64,000 nucleotides of DNA from Antechinus flavipes (taxonomy: Eukaryota), in the NCBI RefSeq assembly GCF_016432865.1, contig NC_067402.1, positions 223,758,001-223,822,000 of the forward strand, read 5' to 3'. The notes below the pieces were generated by a model. It was not told the DNA's origin, ran no database searches, and saw only the letters and a list, made by a program, of their open reading frames with translations. The translations under genes and the position numbers were made by a program. Numbering within the stretch: position 1 is the stretch's first letter; every line of letters starts with the position of its first letter. This document shows positions 47,675-59,426 of this stretch, piece by piece.

Positions 47675-47990
47675 GCGGAACTTGGGGGGCGGGAACCCGA
47701 GAGTGGCCGGAAGAGCTCCCGCCACTTCCGCCCCGCAGCCGTTCCCGGGCGAGCTCTGTGGAGCGTGGAAGCGCGACCCAGGGCCCCGCCGCGGGAGCCG
47801 AGTCTGACCCCCTGCTCTAGATCCCCGACCCGGGGCCCTAGGGACACCACCCGCGTCGCGCTTCCACCCTAGCCACAGGCGCCGGGCGAGCGCAGAGGCG
47901 GACTGTGCAGCCCCGGCGTCACTTCCGGGACCCGGCGGCTTGACCTCAATCTTTCACCCTCCCCGGGGTCACAGCGGGACAAGAAAAACG
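47675..47990 (-). promoter_or_regulatory. MYG1: MYG1 CpG-island promoter
   Basis: ETS sites at 47707-47713 and 47723-47730; ETS-CRE composite CCGGAAGTGACG (minus) at 47917-47928. Confidence 0.75.
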
Positions 47991-48021
47991 ACACGAGGAC
48001 AGGGGGGACCCAGCGGGCACT

Positions 48022-48027
48022 TTTATT
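48022..48027 (-). terminator. PFDN5: PFDN5 poly(A) signal AATAAA
   Basis: TTTATT on the plus strand, 43 nt past the stop; GU-rich GTGTCGTTTTTCTTGT follows on the minus strand. Confidence 0.8.
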
Positions 48028-48070
48028 GGCTCTGTACAGGTGCTCTCGGCTTCCCCCATCCCTATCCCCC

Positions 48071-48150
48071 TCAGGCTTTGGCCGCGGCTGCCTGGGACGC
48101 CCCCAGCGCAGTGAGCTGCTGAATCTTCTGGCTCATCATCTCCATGATAG
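48071..48150 (-). CDS. PFDN5: PFDN5 exon 6 (last)
   Basis: AIMEMMSQKIQQLTALGASQAAAAKA then TGA; acceptor CCCTCTACAG. Confidence 0.95.
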
Positions 48151-49939
48151 CTGTAGAGGGAGAGAGAGAGAGAGGAACTGGCATCAGAGGTCAGGCGCCG
48201 TATAGAGCTCGGGTGCGAGCGCTTGACTAGAGTCTCAAGCGAGAGTCCGAGAGCGCGCCCGTGCGCCTGGGCAGGCACTCTGGAGCACTCGCCAATCCCC
48301 ATCCCCGGAGTCGGTCTCCACCCCAGCGTGTGCCCCCAGACCGGGATTGAAGACGACAGAAGAGTTCCCCCAAAATCAACGGGCCAGCCCAAAGAATTAC
48401 AGGGAGGGGTGCTAAAGGTTTTAAAACTCGATTCTCGGGGTCCCCGCTATCTAAGTGAGCACAGGAGAGGAGCAAGAGCAATAGCGTCTGGGACCCGTGG
48501 AAAGAAGCCAACTACTCCCAGTACTTTGCCCAAGACGACTGTGGAGAGTCTTGTGACAGCACAGCCTTTAGGCTTCCGGGGAGAGATCAAGAAAGGGGAT
48601 ATCAGATAGGAAGGCCCTGGTGAAAGACCTTCGGGGTCGAGGCAGTCCGGCAGCAAGCATTTATTACTATAGAATGACTTACATATCATAGTCGACTGTG
48701 TGCTAAGCTATATACCCACCCCTGGGAGCGCAAAGAAAAGCAAAGATACAAAATTGCACTGATCTAGTGAAACAGACAAGCAGGTACAAACCAGAGAGTG
48801 CGTGCTAAGTGAGAGGGAAGGCACCAGCAACTCAGTAAGGGTCAGTAAGGGGCTTTAGGGAAAAGGGTAGGAAGGCAGGCAGTGGAGTCACAGAGAATCC
48901 CTGCAGGAACCTGACAGTGAGGAGAAAGAGCAGAGCTGGGATGGCAAGGCCTGAGAGGCAAGGCAAGGACAGGGTCCCAACACGTGGAAAAGGAACAATT
49001 GTGGGTGTTGAGGCAGATGGGAGGATGAAGGCCGGTATGAGAGCAAAGGAAAGAGGTTTGTTTATTTGAGGGAGAATCGGTATAGATGATGACATTCTTT
49101 AGACTGAAGGCAGCAGTTGAGGAAGAAAGACTGTGAGCCAAATAATGAACTTTGTTGATGAAAGGAAAAGTATGTTCCAGAGATCTGGTATCTTGATTGG
49201 CTAGTAAATGTAATTAAATGAATGAAGTAGGGGAGGTTACCAACTGATGGAGGTAAAGGGAGAACTTGAAGAATAAATGGGGGAAAGGAAGATTCTTACT
49301 CTCCTACCTCAACTAGAGAGAAGAGAGTGTTCACCCAGTACTGAAAAATAGGGAGTTGGGTAAAATCAAATGGAGGGAGCAAAAAAAAAGATAAAAGTAG
49401 TAGAAAAGGAAAAGGTTTAAGATGAAAGCAGGTTTATTACTTAGGGAGCAGACTAAACTGAGTGGTAGCTTTAGGGCAAAAGTAGGGAACTTACTTTTCT
49501 GCCAAAGGCCATTGGAATCTATAATGTCATTTGAGGCCCAATGCAAAATTACCAACATAGAGAATCAAGTAGCTGGAGGTTGCTGAACTTGGCTTTCAGC
49601 TTGTGGCAGAGGCTAGAGGTTCCCCACTATGCTTCAGAGCATAATTACTTTAGGCCAGGGTAGTACAGGCCCAGACACCTGAGGGTCCTGCCCCTCTGTC
49701 CTAAGATGCCAGAGAGAGCCTTAAGTCACAACAATGAACCTCACGGACCCAAGGGGCCTAACTCTGAGGTGGAAGTGAAGGTGGGAATTCAAGAAAACCA
49801 GGCCAACCACACCATCCAAAAGTGCAATGGGAGAGAGACTGGACTAAGCCCCAAACAGACAAGCAGGTACAAACCAGAGAATGCGTGCTAAATGAGAGGG
49901 AAGGCACTAGCTCTGAGAAACTGAGAAAGAAAGAAATCT

Positions 49940-50230
49940 TACCCACCTAGAATAGAAGCAATAGAAATCAGTTATACCTTGTGATAGCTATAAGAAAAAA
50001 ATGCAATGCCACAAGCTAGTTCAAAACCAAAAAACAAGTAGAGATAATTTAAAAATTATTGGACTCCCAGAAAACTGATTAACTTGCCCTGCAAAGATGA
50101 ATATAATCTAAGGAAAAAATAGACCTTTAATGGTAGAGAAGACTCACAAGAATTTCTGATGAAAAAACCAGAGCTTAATAGAAACTCTGAAATACTAAGA
50201 CAAGAGTGTCCAGAGAAACCTAGAAAGGTA
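49940..50230 (+). mobile_element. L1 ORF1 remnant in PFDN5 intron 5
   Basis: Degenerate NLKIIGLPE and EFLMKKPELNR segments. Confidence 0.6.
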
Positions 50231-51799
50231 CACTTATCTCAGCAATTGTAGGGAACTCTATGATTAATGGAGAAGAACTTAACAGTATTGAGAGAGTTCA
50301 ATATTAAAAATAAGGACCTGTAGTAGAATGATTGTTCTAAGGAGTTTCAAGAGGTAACAAGGCAGCAAGAACATGACATGTATGAACAAAGTGAAGTAAG
50401 TCCAACAAGAAGAACAACTTTTACGCAGACAGCAATGTTGTAAATAAAAATAACTCTGAAAGACTTGGATCATTTCTATAACTTATCATGTCTGCAGAGA
50501 CGCAAGGTACAAAAACATATACATTCTTGGACATGGCCATTTCAGGATTCTTTTTACGTGAAAGTGTTTATTCTTAAAAGACTTTTTACCTTACTTTTCT
50601 GTCAATCAGAATTAAATGAGAAGGAATAATGAAGTCCAAAGGAAGAGGCTACTGTGATTTTTTTTTTTTAATGCATAAAGTTCTGAGGGAAGGATAAGTA
50701 GGATAATTTTGAAAGTAAAGACTGATCTAGATATGCTTTTTTTTTAAATGTCCAAATTCACAATAAATTTACAAAAAATAATCACTTACAATCTTTGCAC
50801 TGGAAAAAGATCCTAGGTTTATTCAATTAGGACCATTTTTGGACCAAAAAAACATACAAGTATCTTGTAATTCTGGCATAAACACAAAGTAACCTCTCTC
50901 ATCATTCCAAATTAATCAGGTAAAGGCAATAAAAGCTTTGATAAATATGTTAATTCTTGTGCCTGTCCTCTGAGATTACCTTCTACCATATATAACTTTA
51001 AAAAGCACAATACTTTGCATGTCATTTTCCCCATTAGAGTGTGAGCTTCTTGAAATTAAGAACATCTTTTTGCCTTTCTTTGTATTCCCGGACTTAGCCT
51101 GGTGCCTGTCATACTAAGAGCTTATAACATATGACATATAACATATAAAAATAAAGGAGTTATAAGTGCTAGTGAACACTGAATATCACCAAAGAAAAAA
51201 AAATTATAGCTCAAGAGAATATTGATACTTAATGTATCACCCATGCCTTTGCCCAACTTAACATGATGTCAATTAACATATCAACCACCATTGAGTCTCT
51301 ATGGACCAATTATTACTAGGCCCTGAGAATACTAATAAAAAAGACAATTCATGCATTTAGCTGGGGGAATATAACATGTTTATGGATTGGCAAATATGGG
51401 ATATATGCAAAATAAATACAAAATGATTTGAGGATGGCAATAACTGGGAAAATCAGGAAAGGCCTAGAATGTTCTAGTCAGGGAGGAGAGCCTTTGCAAG
51501 GTCATGGAGATGGAAGATGGAATGTCTTTTACAAGAAAAAGCAAGTAGTTCAATTTGCTTAAGATCTGTGTATTAAGGACAGCAAATTGTAATATGTCTG
51601 GAAAGATAGGTTGGAGCCAGTTTGTGAAGGGCTTTAAATGCCAATCAGAAAAGTTTGAGTAGTCACTAAAATTTCTTGAACAGGACAGTGATGTGGTCAA
51701 ACTTATATTTTAGAAATATCAATTTAACAATCCTGTAAAGGTTGGATTAGAGAGAGGAAAGACTTGAGCCAGGGATAAAATATATATTAAACTGTGAGT

Positions 51800-52420
51800 A
51801 CCTTTTGACACTGATATTGCCATATTCCAAAGAGATCCAAGACAAAGAAAAAGGAACAATACATGCAAAAATATTGCACCTCTTTTGTGGTGGCAAAGAA
51901 TGAGATAGTAGATAGGATGCTCATCAGTTGGGAATGATTGAACAAGTTATGAATATGATGGAATTCTATTGTGCTGTTAAGAAATTATAAAGGCGATAGT
52001 TTCAGAAAAATCTAGAAAAACTTGTATGAACTAATGCACAGTGAAGTGAGCAAAATTAGTAGATCTACATATATAGATATATGTATATATATATACACTA
52101 ACAGTCATTGTAAATGATCAACTTTGAAAGAATTAACATCCAACATTGAGTTTTGAATTGCATAAACACAATGACCATCCATATTTCCAAAGGATTCATG
52201 ATAAAACATGCTATTAACCAACAGATAAGAGAGCTGAGATTCAATGCAAACTGAAGGTTCCTTCCTTCCTTCCTCCCTCAAATGGCTAAGCCTAGAATTT
52301 GTTTTGTATGACTCTACACACTTATGGGTTTTATTTGTCATGTGTTCTCAATGGGTAGGGAAGTGAAGGAGGGTGAGTTTGAATTCAGAGCTTAAAATAA
52401 CAAAGATGAATTTTAAGAGA
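51800..52420 (+). mobile_element. L1 ORF2 end and 3' UTR remnant
   Basis: CTTTTGTGGTGGCAAAGAA...GGAATTCTATTGTGCTG...CTTGTATGAACTAATGCACAGTGAAGTGAGC. Confidence 0.75.
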
Positions 52421-53899
52421 AAAAGATAAGACAGGAGGACCAATTGGAAGGCTCCTATAATAGTTTTCCTAAGTTAATGAAGGTCTGAAATAGGGTGATC
52501 TGTAGCTAGAAAGAGATAAAGATGAGAGACATAGAGAAGTATCAACAAGACTTGGCAGCTGTAAGGGGACAAGTAAAGGTGAAGAGCCATGGATCAATCA
52601 ACCAATAAGCATCTGAGTCTATTATGTGCCATGGAAAATGAATACTAGATTACAAATCTAGATCATCAAGATAGTAATGCCTTAAAAAGAGAAGTTAGAA
52701 GTAGGAGTAAGTTAGGGGAAAAGATAATGGGTTCTGTTTTTGGACATGCTGAGTTTGAGATACCTATAAGACATGCAGGTAGAGATAACCAACTTGGTTG
52801 GACAGTCGCAGACTGACAGAAAAGAACTGTTGCCTGGATATATAATTTGGAGAATTGTCTGTACAGAGACACAGCTAAATTCATGGGATTTGATGATATC
52901 ACTAAGATAGTATAGAGGGAGAAGAGGAAAAGGCAACACCTATGAACAACAGCTTCCAACTGTTCAAACAAGCTGTTGATTCTGAAAAATGCGAAACAGA
53001 TCCAAGTAAAACAATGTTCAGCTGTCACCATTTTTTAGATAAGCTTTAACTTATGTAATATAGTCCCCAAACTGAAAAGGCCAGATGAGTCTTGAAACCA
53101 TGTCAGCATATAAGCACAAGAAGACATGGGAACAAAGGGTAATACCAACTTGGGGCATAAGTTTATCTTCAAAAACTACACACAGGGGCAGCTAGATGAT
53201 ATAGTAGATAAAGCACCAGCCCTGGATCAGGAGAACCTGAGTTTAAATCTGGCCTCAGACATTTAAAACTTAATAGCTAAGTGACAAATCACTTAACCCC
53301 AAAACTCAAGTTCAAATCTAGGTTCAGACACTTACCCTGGGGAAGCCATTTAATAGTTGTTTGCCTCCATTTCCTCATAGGTAAAATGAGAATAATAATA
53401 GCACCTATCTCCAAGTATTGTTGTAAGGGTCAAATAAGATAATAATTATAAAAGCCTTAATACAGTGACTGACACCCAACAGGCATTATATAAATGTTAG
53501 CAATTATCATTAATGGAATTCTAACATAAGAAACAATTATATAGAATTCAGATATGAATTAAGAATATAAAGCAAAACAGAACCAAAGTAACACACACAT
53601 GAACATGTTAACATAAAGAAGAAAAACAGTTAAATACAATAGAATTCAACTCAATGACCAGTCTTGACTCTAGTGAACTGATGCTCAAAGATAATTCTGT
53701 TTCTATAGAGAGGTGAAGCAAAAACCATATACCATCAGACATGGTCAATGTGATGATTCATTTTTCCTAAGTTTAATACTTCCTTTACAAAGGAAGAATC
53801 TACCAAGAGAGGGGGAAATGACAGCTATGTGAAAAAGCAAAAACAAAATATTTTACAAAATGCACTTGATGCTATAAAGAAAATTGCAACTTTAAAATT

Positions 53900-54340
53900 A
53901 AGACAATTCTGAGGTACCACTATACACTTCTCAGATTGGCTAAGATGACAGGAAAATATAATGATGAATGTTGGAGACTCAGCTTTTTTCAGCAAGGTGA
54001 TTCAGGCTAATTCCAATGGTCAAGTGATGCAGAGAGCCATCTGCATTCAGAAAAAGGACTGTAGGAACTGCATATGGATCACAACATAGTATTTTCACTT
54101 TTTTGTTGTTTGCTTGCTTTTTTTCTCATTTTTCTTTTTGATCTGAGTTTCTTGTGCAGCATAATAATAATGAAAATTCTTTTATAGAATTGCACAAATT
54201 TAACATACATTGGATTACTTCCTCTTTAAGAGAGGGGCTGTGGGGAAAGGAGGGAGAAAAATATGGAACACAAGGTTTTTGAAAACTATCTTTGCACATA
54301 TTTTGAAAAGAAAAAGCCATTATTTTTTTAAAAAGAAAAA
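53900..54340 (+). mobile_element. L1 fragment with internal deletion (ORF2 piece joined to 3' UTR)
   Basis: CAATTCTGAGGTACCACTATACAC...GATTGGCTAAGATGACAGG joined to a 3' UTR like 17473-17881. Confidence 0.7.
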
Positions 54341-54399
54341 CACAGCTTTAAAAGTTCTATTCTAACAAAACATCTGAATGCATACACTAAAATCATACA

Positions 54400-55040
54400 A
54401 GACTCCATGACAGATATAGTCATGGACATAACTTAATTAAAAGTCCTCTGAATAATGACATCAACTGAGGTATAAAAGACATGTTCTCCAAGGGTTGCCA
54501 ATACCAAGATGCAATTATCTTGAGGTTCTCCAGAGGCTCCCATTTACAGAAGATATTGTATTGAAGACACTAAAGCCCAGAATACAAAAATGATCCCTAA
54601 TGAAACAACCAAAAAAAGTATCTAAAAGAGATAAACCACTCTGGAAAAACAAGGAGATGAAGAATGAATATTTTCCCGAATTATAACATGCAGTTGCACA
54701 GACAGTCCACTGAATTAATCTCTCATTATGTATCTACCTTGAAAATGCATTGCAGATAGTCCAAATGAGTTTGGTCCAGAATTGAAAAGAAAGTTTAAGA
54801 GTGTGTTGAATTGTAATGGGGAAGATAAACAGTACTTTCTGTAGTCCCAAACTGCTCCCTGCCAAAAAAAGTCTTTCTTTTTGTTGGCATCGTTTTCAGA
54901 TGATGTTTATATGTGTGAATCGTGGAACTCTACATTCTCAAAAGAATCCACATTCAAATAACTCAAAGTGTAGGCAAAAATAGAGTGTTGCAGATTACCA
55001 ATGAAGTCTTTAGAGTAAGAAGCAGACTGATAGACTGCTA
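54400..55040 (+). mobile_element. RTE-clade (Bov-B/RTE-like) retrotransposon remnant
   Basis: Frameshifted segments EFGPELKR, YMCESWN and QITNEVFRVRS resemble RTE RT C-terminal motifs as I recall them (NELGPELNRR, YGCESWN, ITNEELRRRS). Confidence 0.6.
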
Positions 55041-55429
55041 CAGTACTCTGGAAATATTAAAAGAACCAAGACAATGCTTCCAACCCATTAGTTGATAAGC
55101 TATGAAGAAATGGAAAAACAAAGACAAGAACTGCACATGATTAAAAAGTGGCAATTTGGAGGGAGCACGCAGATTTGATGAAGCACAGTTTGAGGTATGT
55201 TTTTTATCCTCCAGTAAAACTAGAACAAACCCTAGAAGAGGCACATCTCTGCTTTTTTCTGAATCTCTCAACAAAGTCTAAGACAACTCTACACACAGAG
55301 GGTTACTTGATATGTGATAATTGCCCACCCAAGCACATATAATGCCCAGAGAAAGACAGTCATAAGAGCAAGATGGGAAAAAAAAAAAAAAAAAATTCCT
55401 GCACTTAAACCCAGAACCCATGGCCTCAC

Positions 55430-55535
55430 CCTGTTTCATGGCATGCTTTTCCTGCAGAGCTGGCTGAATTTTTTCCATCTGCTTAGTGAGGAAGTCAATC
55501 TTCCTCTTGAAGAAGTCTTTAGCATCATCTGCTGA
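55430..55535 (-). CDS. PFDN5: PFDN5 exon 5
   Basis: [35 protein letters not shown]. Confidence 0.97.
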
Positions 55536-55624
55536 CTGCCAAAGGAGAAGAAGTTAATGACTCTCAAGGACTCTCAGGAAGAGGTATCCCCACTGTCAAT
55601 AATGCTGTATCTCACCCAACTTAC

Positions 55625-55699
55625 CTTCTCCACATAGTAGCCAGTTCCTACATCAATGAGAACATGCTCCACATCATGTAGCTTCCCAGGTACATACAT
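55625..55699 (-). CDS. PFDN5: PFDN5 exon 4
   Basis: [25 protein letters not shown]. Confidence 0.97.
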
Positions 55700-56860
55700 C
55701 TGAGGGGTAAGGATTAAGGAAAGGGCTAGCCCAGCCAGGGATACCTTCAATCCCTACTTAAAAACCATGAAACCACATGACAGTAAACCAAGGGTTCTGA
55801 ATAGAGAGAGATGTTTTCTCAAGGGTTTCTTTGTGAACAGAGAGCCTTCAGAAACTATAGGGAAAATGCCCCGTGACTGATAATTCCAACCCCACTATCT
55901 TACAATCAAAAGCCAATTCATTTTTTCCCCTGGAAATGTTAATCCCATTAGCAATCACAGACTGATAAAGGATTACTTTTCACAAGCCTATCAAACATAT
56001 GGGAAGTGAGTAGGTGGCACAGTAGACAGAGCACCAATTCAAATTTAGTCTCAGATACTAGCTGTGTGATCCTGGGTAAGTTACTTGACCCTTTTTGCTT
56101 TGGTTTCTTTATCTTTAAAATGAACTGAAGAAATGGCAAACCAATCTAGTGCCTTTGCCAAGAAAACCTCTAATGGGGTTATGTGGAGTCAGACATGACT
56201 GACCACCTCATTTTCTCAACTCACCAGCAACTTGGCTCCTAATTCACATATACTTATCTATGAAATTATCCCAGGCAGCTATTTATCTGTAGCTATTTCT
56301 GTCATGCTATTTAAAGAAGTCCATTACATTTCAGAATACAGGACCTTTTCCCTATAATCCTTCTTATAAGCGCCCAGAATAGCCTATTGAAGTGTAGGGG
56401 CATAAAGGAATAGTTGATCTAAAATTGTAAAGTAATACAGAAAAATGTCTTCTTCCTCTCCTCATCTCTATTTCTCTGTGACTTGTACATAGCTTATAAC
56501 TTACTTTGTTTTACTAACAAGCTCCTAAGAGGCAAGTATATTGCTTGATGTCAACTGTACCAATCCTGTGGTAGCAGGAAACATCCTTACACTCAGTCTG
56601 GTTCATGGATCCTAGCACTCAATGGGCCAGCATAAATTTGAATCAGAGTTAGAATTAACTCTTTCCCTTCCCACTGGCCACTAGAATTTTAAAATCTGAG
56701 GAAGGCTAAGGTTAGATAATGGCAGAATAACTGGAGAACATCTTCTCGTGCCATATGAGGGAGGTGTTTTCTCCATCAAATATGGAAAGGACTCTGCCCA
56801 AGAAACGAAAATCTTTTTCTAAATGGGAAGGAAAACAGCAGTCCCCAGTGGGAAGGATAC
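55700..56860 (-). other. PFDN5: U12-type (minor spliceosome) GT-AG intron 3 of PFDN5
   Basis: Donor GTATCCTTCC (56851-56860); branch point TTCCTTAAT (55713-55721) close to the AG; no long polypyrimidine tract. Confidence 0.92.
56001..56203 (+). mobile_element. Mar1-type CORE-SINE inside the U12 intron
   Basis: tRNA-like head, CORE, and RTE-derived tail GAAATGGCAAACC...CTTTGCCAAGAAAACC...GAGTCAGACATGACTGA. Confidence 0.75.
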
Positions 56861-56892
56861 AGAACTGGTCAATGGGACGAGCAATTCTTTCC
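56861..56892 (-). CDS. PFDN5: PFDN5 exon 3 (32 nt)
   Basis: KELLVPLTSS; CAG acceptor and U12 donor. Confidence 0.96.
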
Positions 56893-57235
56893 CTGTGAAG
56901 GTAACAGAGATAAACATCTGGGGAGGCAATCAGGTCTACGGACAAAACCCAAAAAGGACTCTGATAGCAAAAGTGAGGTGGTAGGAAAAGAGAAGGAAGG
57001 AGGGTATTCAGAAGTTAAAATGTAAAAGAAATTGAAGACCTTTGAGGTGCGAGGAGGGGAGACAGAAATTGATGTCTGAATAGCCACTTATCAAATTTAA
57101 GGTGAAGGGTGGCAACGCAAAGCTCTATCTACCCCTAGCTTTCTCTCCTAGAGCTCCCCTTTCTCGGAGCCTGCCTAATCCTCTCTCCTCCTCAGCCCGA
57201 TCCCCTCCCGCCCCAGGCTGCCCCTCCCCCCATAC

Positions 57236-57338
57236 CCTCGTTGTTCTTGTTCAGCACATTCAGACACTCCTTGGCCTCCACGTACTTGGTCTGCACCACC
57301 TTGAGCTGCGCGATGGAAGAGGAGAGAAACTCCACCTC
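57236..57338 (-). CDS. PFDN5: PFDN5 exon 2
   Basis: [34 protein letters not shown]. Confidence 0.97.
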
Positions 57339-57427
57339 CTGTAAGGGGGGAAATAAGGATGAGGAGAGGGCCAGCCGAGATGGCGGGGCTGCGCTGGGCT
57401 GGGCTGGGGACTGGGGCCCGGCCTCAC

Positions 57428-57499
57428 CTGGTCCAGCTGGTTCTTGAGCAGCTCCAGCTGCGGCAGCGACAGCTCCGTGATGTTCACCGACTGCGCCAT
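57428..57499 (-). CDS. PFDN5: PFDN5 (prefoldin subunit 5) exon 1; full protein 155 aa
   Basis: [24 protein letters not shown]; Kozak CCAACATGG; GTGAGG donor. Confidence 0.97.
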
Positions 57500-57960
57500 G
57501 TTGGGAGGCTGGACAAGGGCGGGGCACGCCGAGCGTGGGAAACGCTCTAGTCGCCCGCCCGGTGCGTCTCTATGGCCCTTATAGCCGCCCTCTCCGCCGA
57601 CCCTCTCTATGGTCCCCGGACGCCGGCCCTTCACCGAGGGCTTCGGTGTCTGGGCGCTTGTCCCTCCGCTGCTCCCGGTCTGGCCCCGCGGCTGGGAAAG
57701 CCCAAGCGCCGGGCCCGGGGGCCTCCGCGGCAGGCGGGCCGCCCCGCCCCGAGCCCGGCTACAATGTATCCAGCATGTAGCCCTGCACCGTGCGGGATAG
57801 AAATAGTCTAAGTCAGCGAGCGGCCAGCCAAGTTACGGGCTCGGAGCGGGCCCGCTTCTCCGTGAGAGGGCATCCCCCGCCTGCCTCAGGCAAAGGACCA
57901 AGTCACCCAGGGATGTATAACGGAGCGGGGAGGGGAGGTCACGATGGACAGAACTGACCG
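57500..57960 (-). promoter_or_regulatory. PFDN5: PFDN5 CpG-island promoter
   Basis: CpG-rich; TATA-like TATAAG (minus) at 57578-57583; GC boxes. Confidence 0.7.
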
Positions 57961-58626
57961 AGCCAGGAAGTCCTGGGTTCGAGTGCTGGCTGTAACATTA
58001 GGGTCAAGCTCTAGCTTCCCAGCCCCCTGGCAATGCCCTAAGACTCCAAGAGGACGGTTTTCTTAAAGGATTTCCTCCTCGGCGATTTGCACAGCCCACT
58101 TCTGTGGGCTTCTCCAGCCACAGTGCCCAGCACAGCCAGAAACCCCTTACTTGATGACTGAAAGCACATTGTATCTCGATCCGGGAAGTGAAGGTTACTA
58201 TTGCCTGTGGCTGCCAGGTGGCCCACCCACTCTGAAGGCAACTTTGTGGTACTCTTGACATCTGAGGCAGAGAAACAGCCTGGCCTTCCAAAGGCTCCTT
58301 CAACTGCCACAGACCCTCCCCCACACCCTCATCTCAGCTTTTCCCTTCATTCCTTCCCAGAAACATTTTCTGTTGGGAGAGTTAGACCCATTTGACTCTA
58401 AAGCCGATGCCACTGCCTCCCTTCCCCCCTTCACTTTCTCCTCTTAAATGTTGGCCTTTATGTTAAACGAAGAGAAAAGGCACAAAGAGAACCCACAGGT
58501 CACAGAAACGTCCAGGACAAAGCTCAAGTTTATCAAAACACCATCAAAAGTACAAGTTGAAGGGCAGAGAAATGTTTTCAGCAATTTCTTCATATAAGCC
58601 AGACCTGACAAAGCTTAAATAACAAC

Positions 58627-58632
58627 TTTATT
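58627..58632 (-). terminator. ESPL1: ESPL1 poly(A) signal AATAAA
   Basis: TTTATT on the plus strand about 90 nt past the stop. Confidence 0.75.
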
Positions 58633-58722
58633 AAATGAGTAAAAACACATATAAACATTGAAAAAAAAATCGGGTAAAGTAACCAGAGGTAAAGACTATA
58701 AAAGAGACTTTTTTCTTAATTA

Positions 58723-58924
58723 TCACTGGAGGGAGACAGGCAAGCCATAAGCTACTGGTGCAGCACCAATGAGGTATTTGAGTCTGGGAGCCTGTCGTGC
58801 CTGGATAATATAGGAGAGGAGGGGAGCTCCTGAGCCAGCCTCCAACCAGCCCTGAAGCAGCGCTTCTGTGTAGCGGTCTATTTCTCTGTCTGTCACATCC
58901 CACAGGTTTCCCAAGAACAGGGGG
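58723..58924 (-). CDS. ESPL1: ESPL1 (separase) last exon
   Basis: [26 protein letters not shown]...[12 protein letters not shown] then stop. Confidence 0.97.
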
Positions 58925-59261
58925 CTAGGAGAATAGAAGAAAAGAAAGAGGTTAATTTAGAGGCCTGGGGTAGATTTATAGATAGAAAAACCCACTTGCC
59001 AGTTCATTTGAGGACAGAATTGGAGCAAAAGGAAAGGTGGGTCATTGGAGAGCTCTGGGCATGGGAGTAAGGAAGAATCAACTCAGTTACAGCTCCGAAT
59101 TTCAAAGCTAAAGTGTGTGTGAGAAAGGCTAGGAAAGCTAGCTTTGGGAGTGGGGGAAATGTGACGGGAGAGAAGGGAAAAAAAGAGGGGTAAGAGGGAG
59201 ACAAAGAGGGAGCTGGGGCAGAATTGTTTCTCCAGACTCAATCCCCCCAGTTAAAACTCAC

Positions 59262-59426
59262 CAGCCTGCAATCATGTACTTTAGAACGATGCCAGCCCCT
59301 TCCAGGTTCCCGTGTACAGCGAGGGCAGCACTGCTACACCCAAACAATAAGGCTACTGCTCGGCAGCTGAGCCGCTGAATTGCTTGCCCATCCAGGAAGG
59401 AGGCACCAGCTCCATGTCCTGCATAA
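59262..59426 (-). CDS. ESPL1: ESPL1 penultimate exon with the catalytic His/Cys dyad
   Basis: YAGHGAG...[10 protein letters not shown], peptidase C50 active-site motifs intact. Confidence 0.97.

Noticed and set aside
47675-47725. In-frame GTG-initiated 17-codon extension of MYG1
   Set aside because: The GTG is part of the ETS motif CGGAAGTG in the promoter and probably at or upstream of the TSS; no supporting evidence
47156-47872. 238-aa plus-strand ORF and other overlapping long ORFs
   Set aside because: Antisense to MYG1 exons 1-2 in a CpG island where stop codons are rare; low-complexity R/G/P/A composition and no recognisable domain
56640-56680. AGGGAAAGAG look-alike of the PFDN5 exon 3 start (minus strand)
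   Set aside because: Only about 9 nt match; translation diverges (KELILTLIQ) and there is no donor; the real exon is 56861-56892
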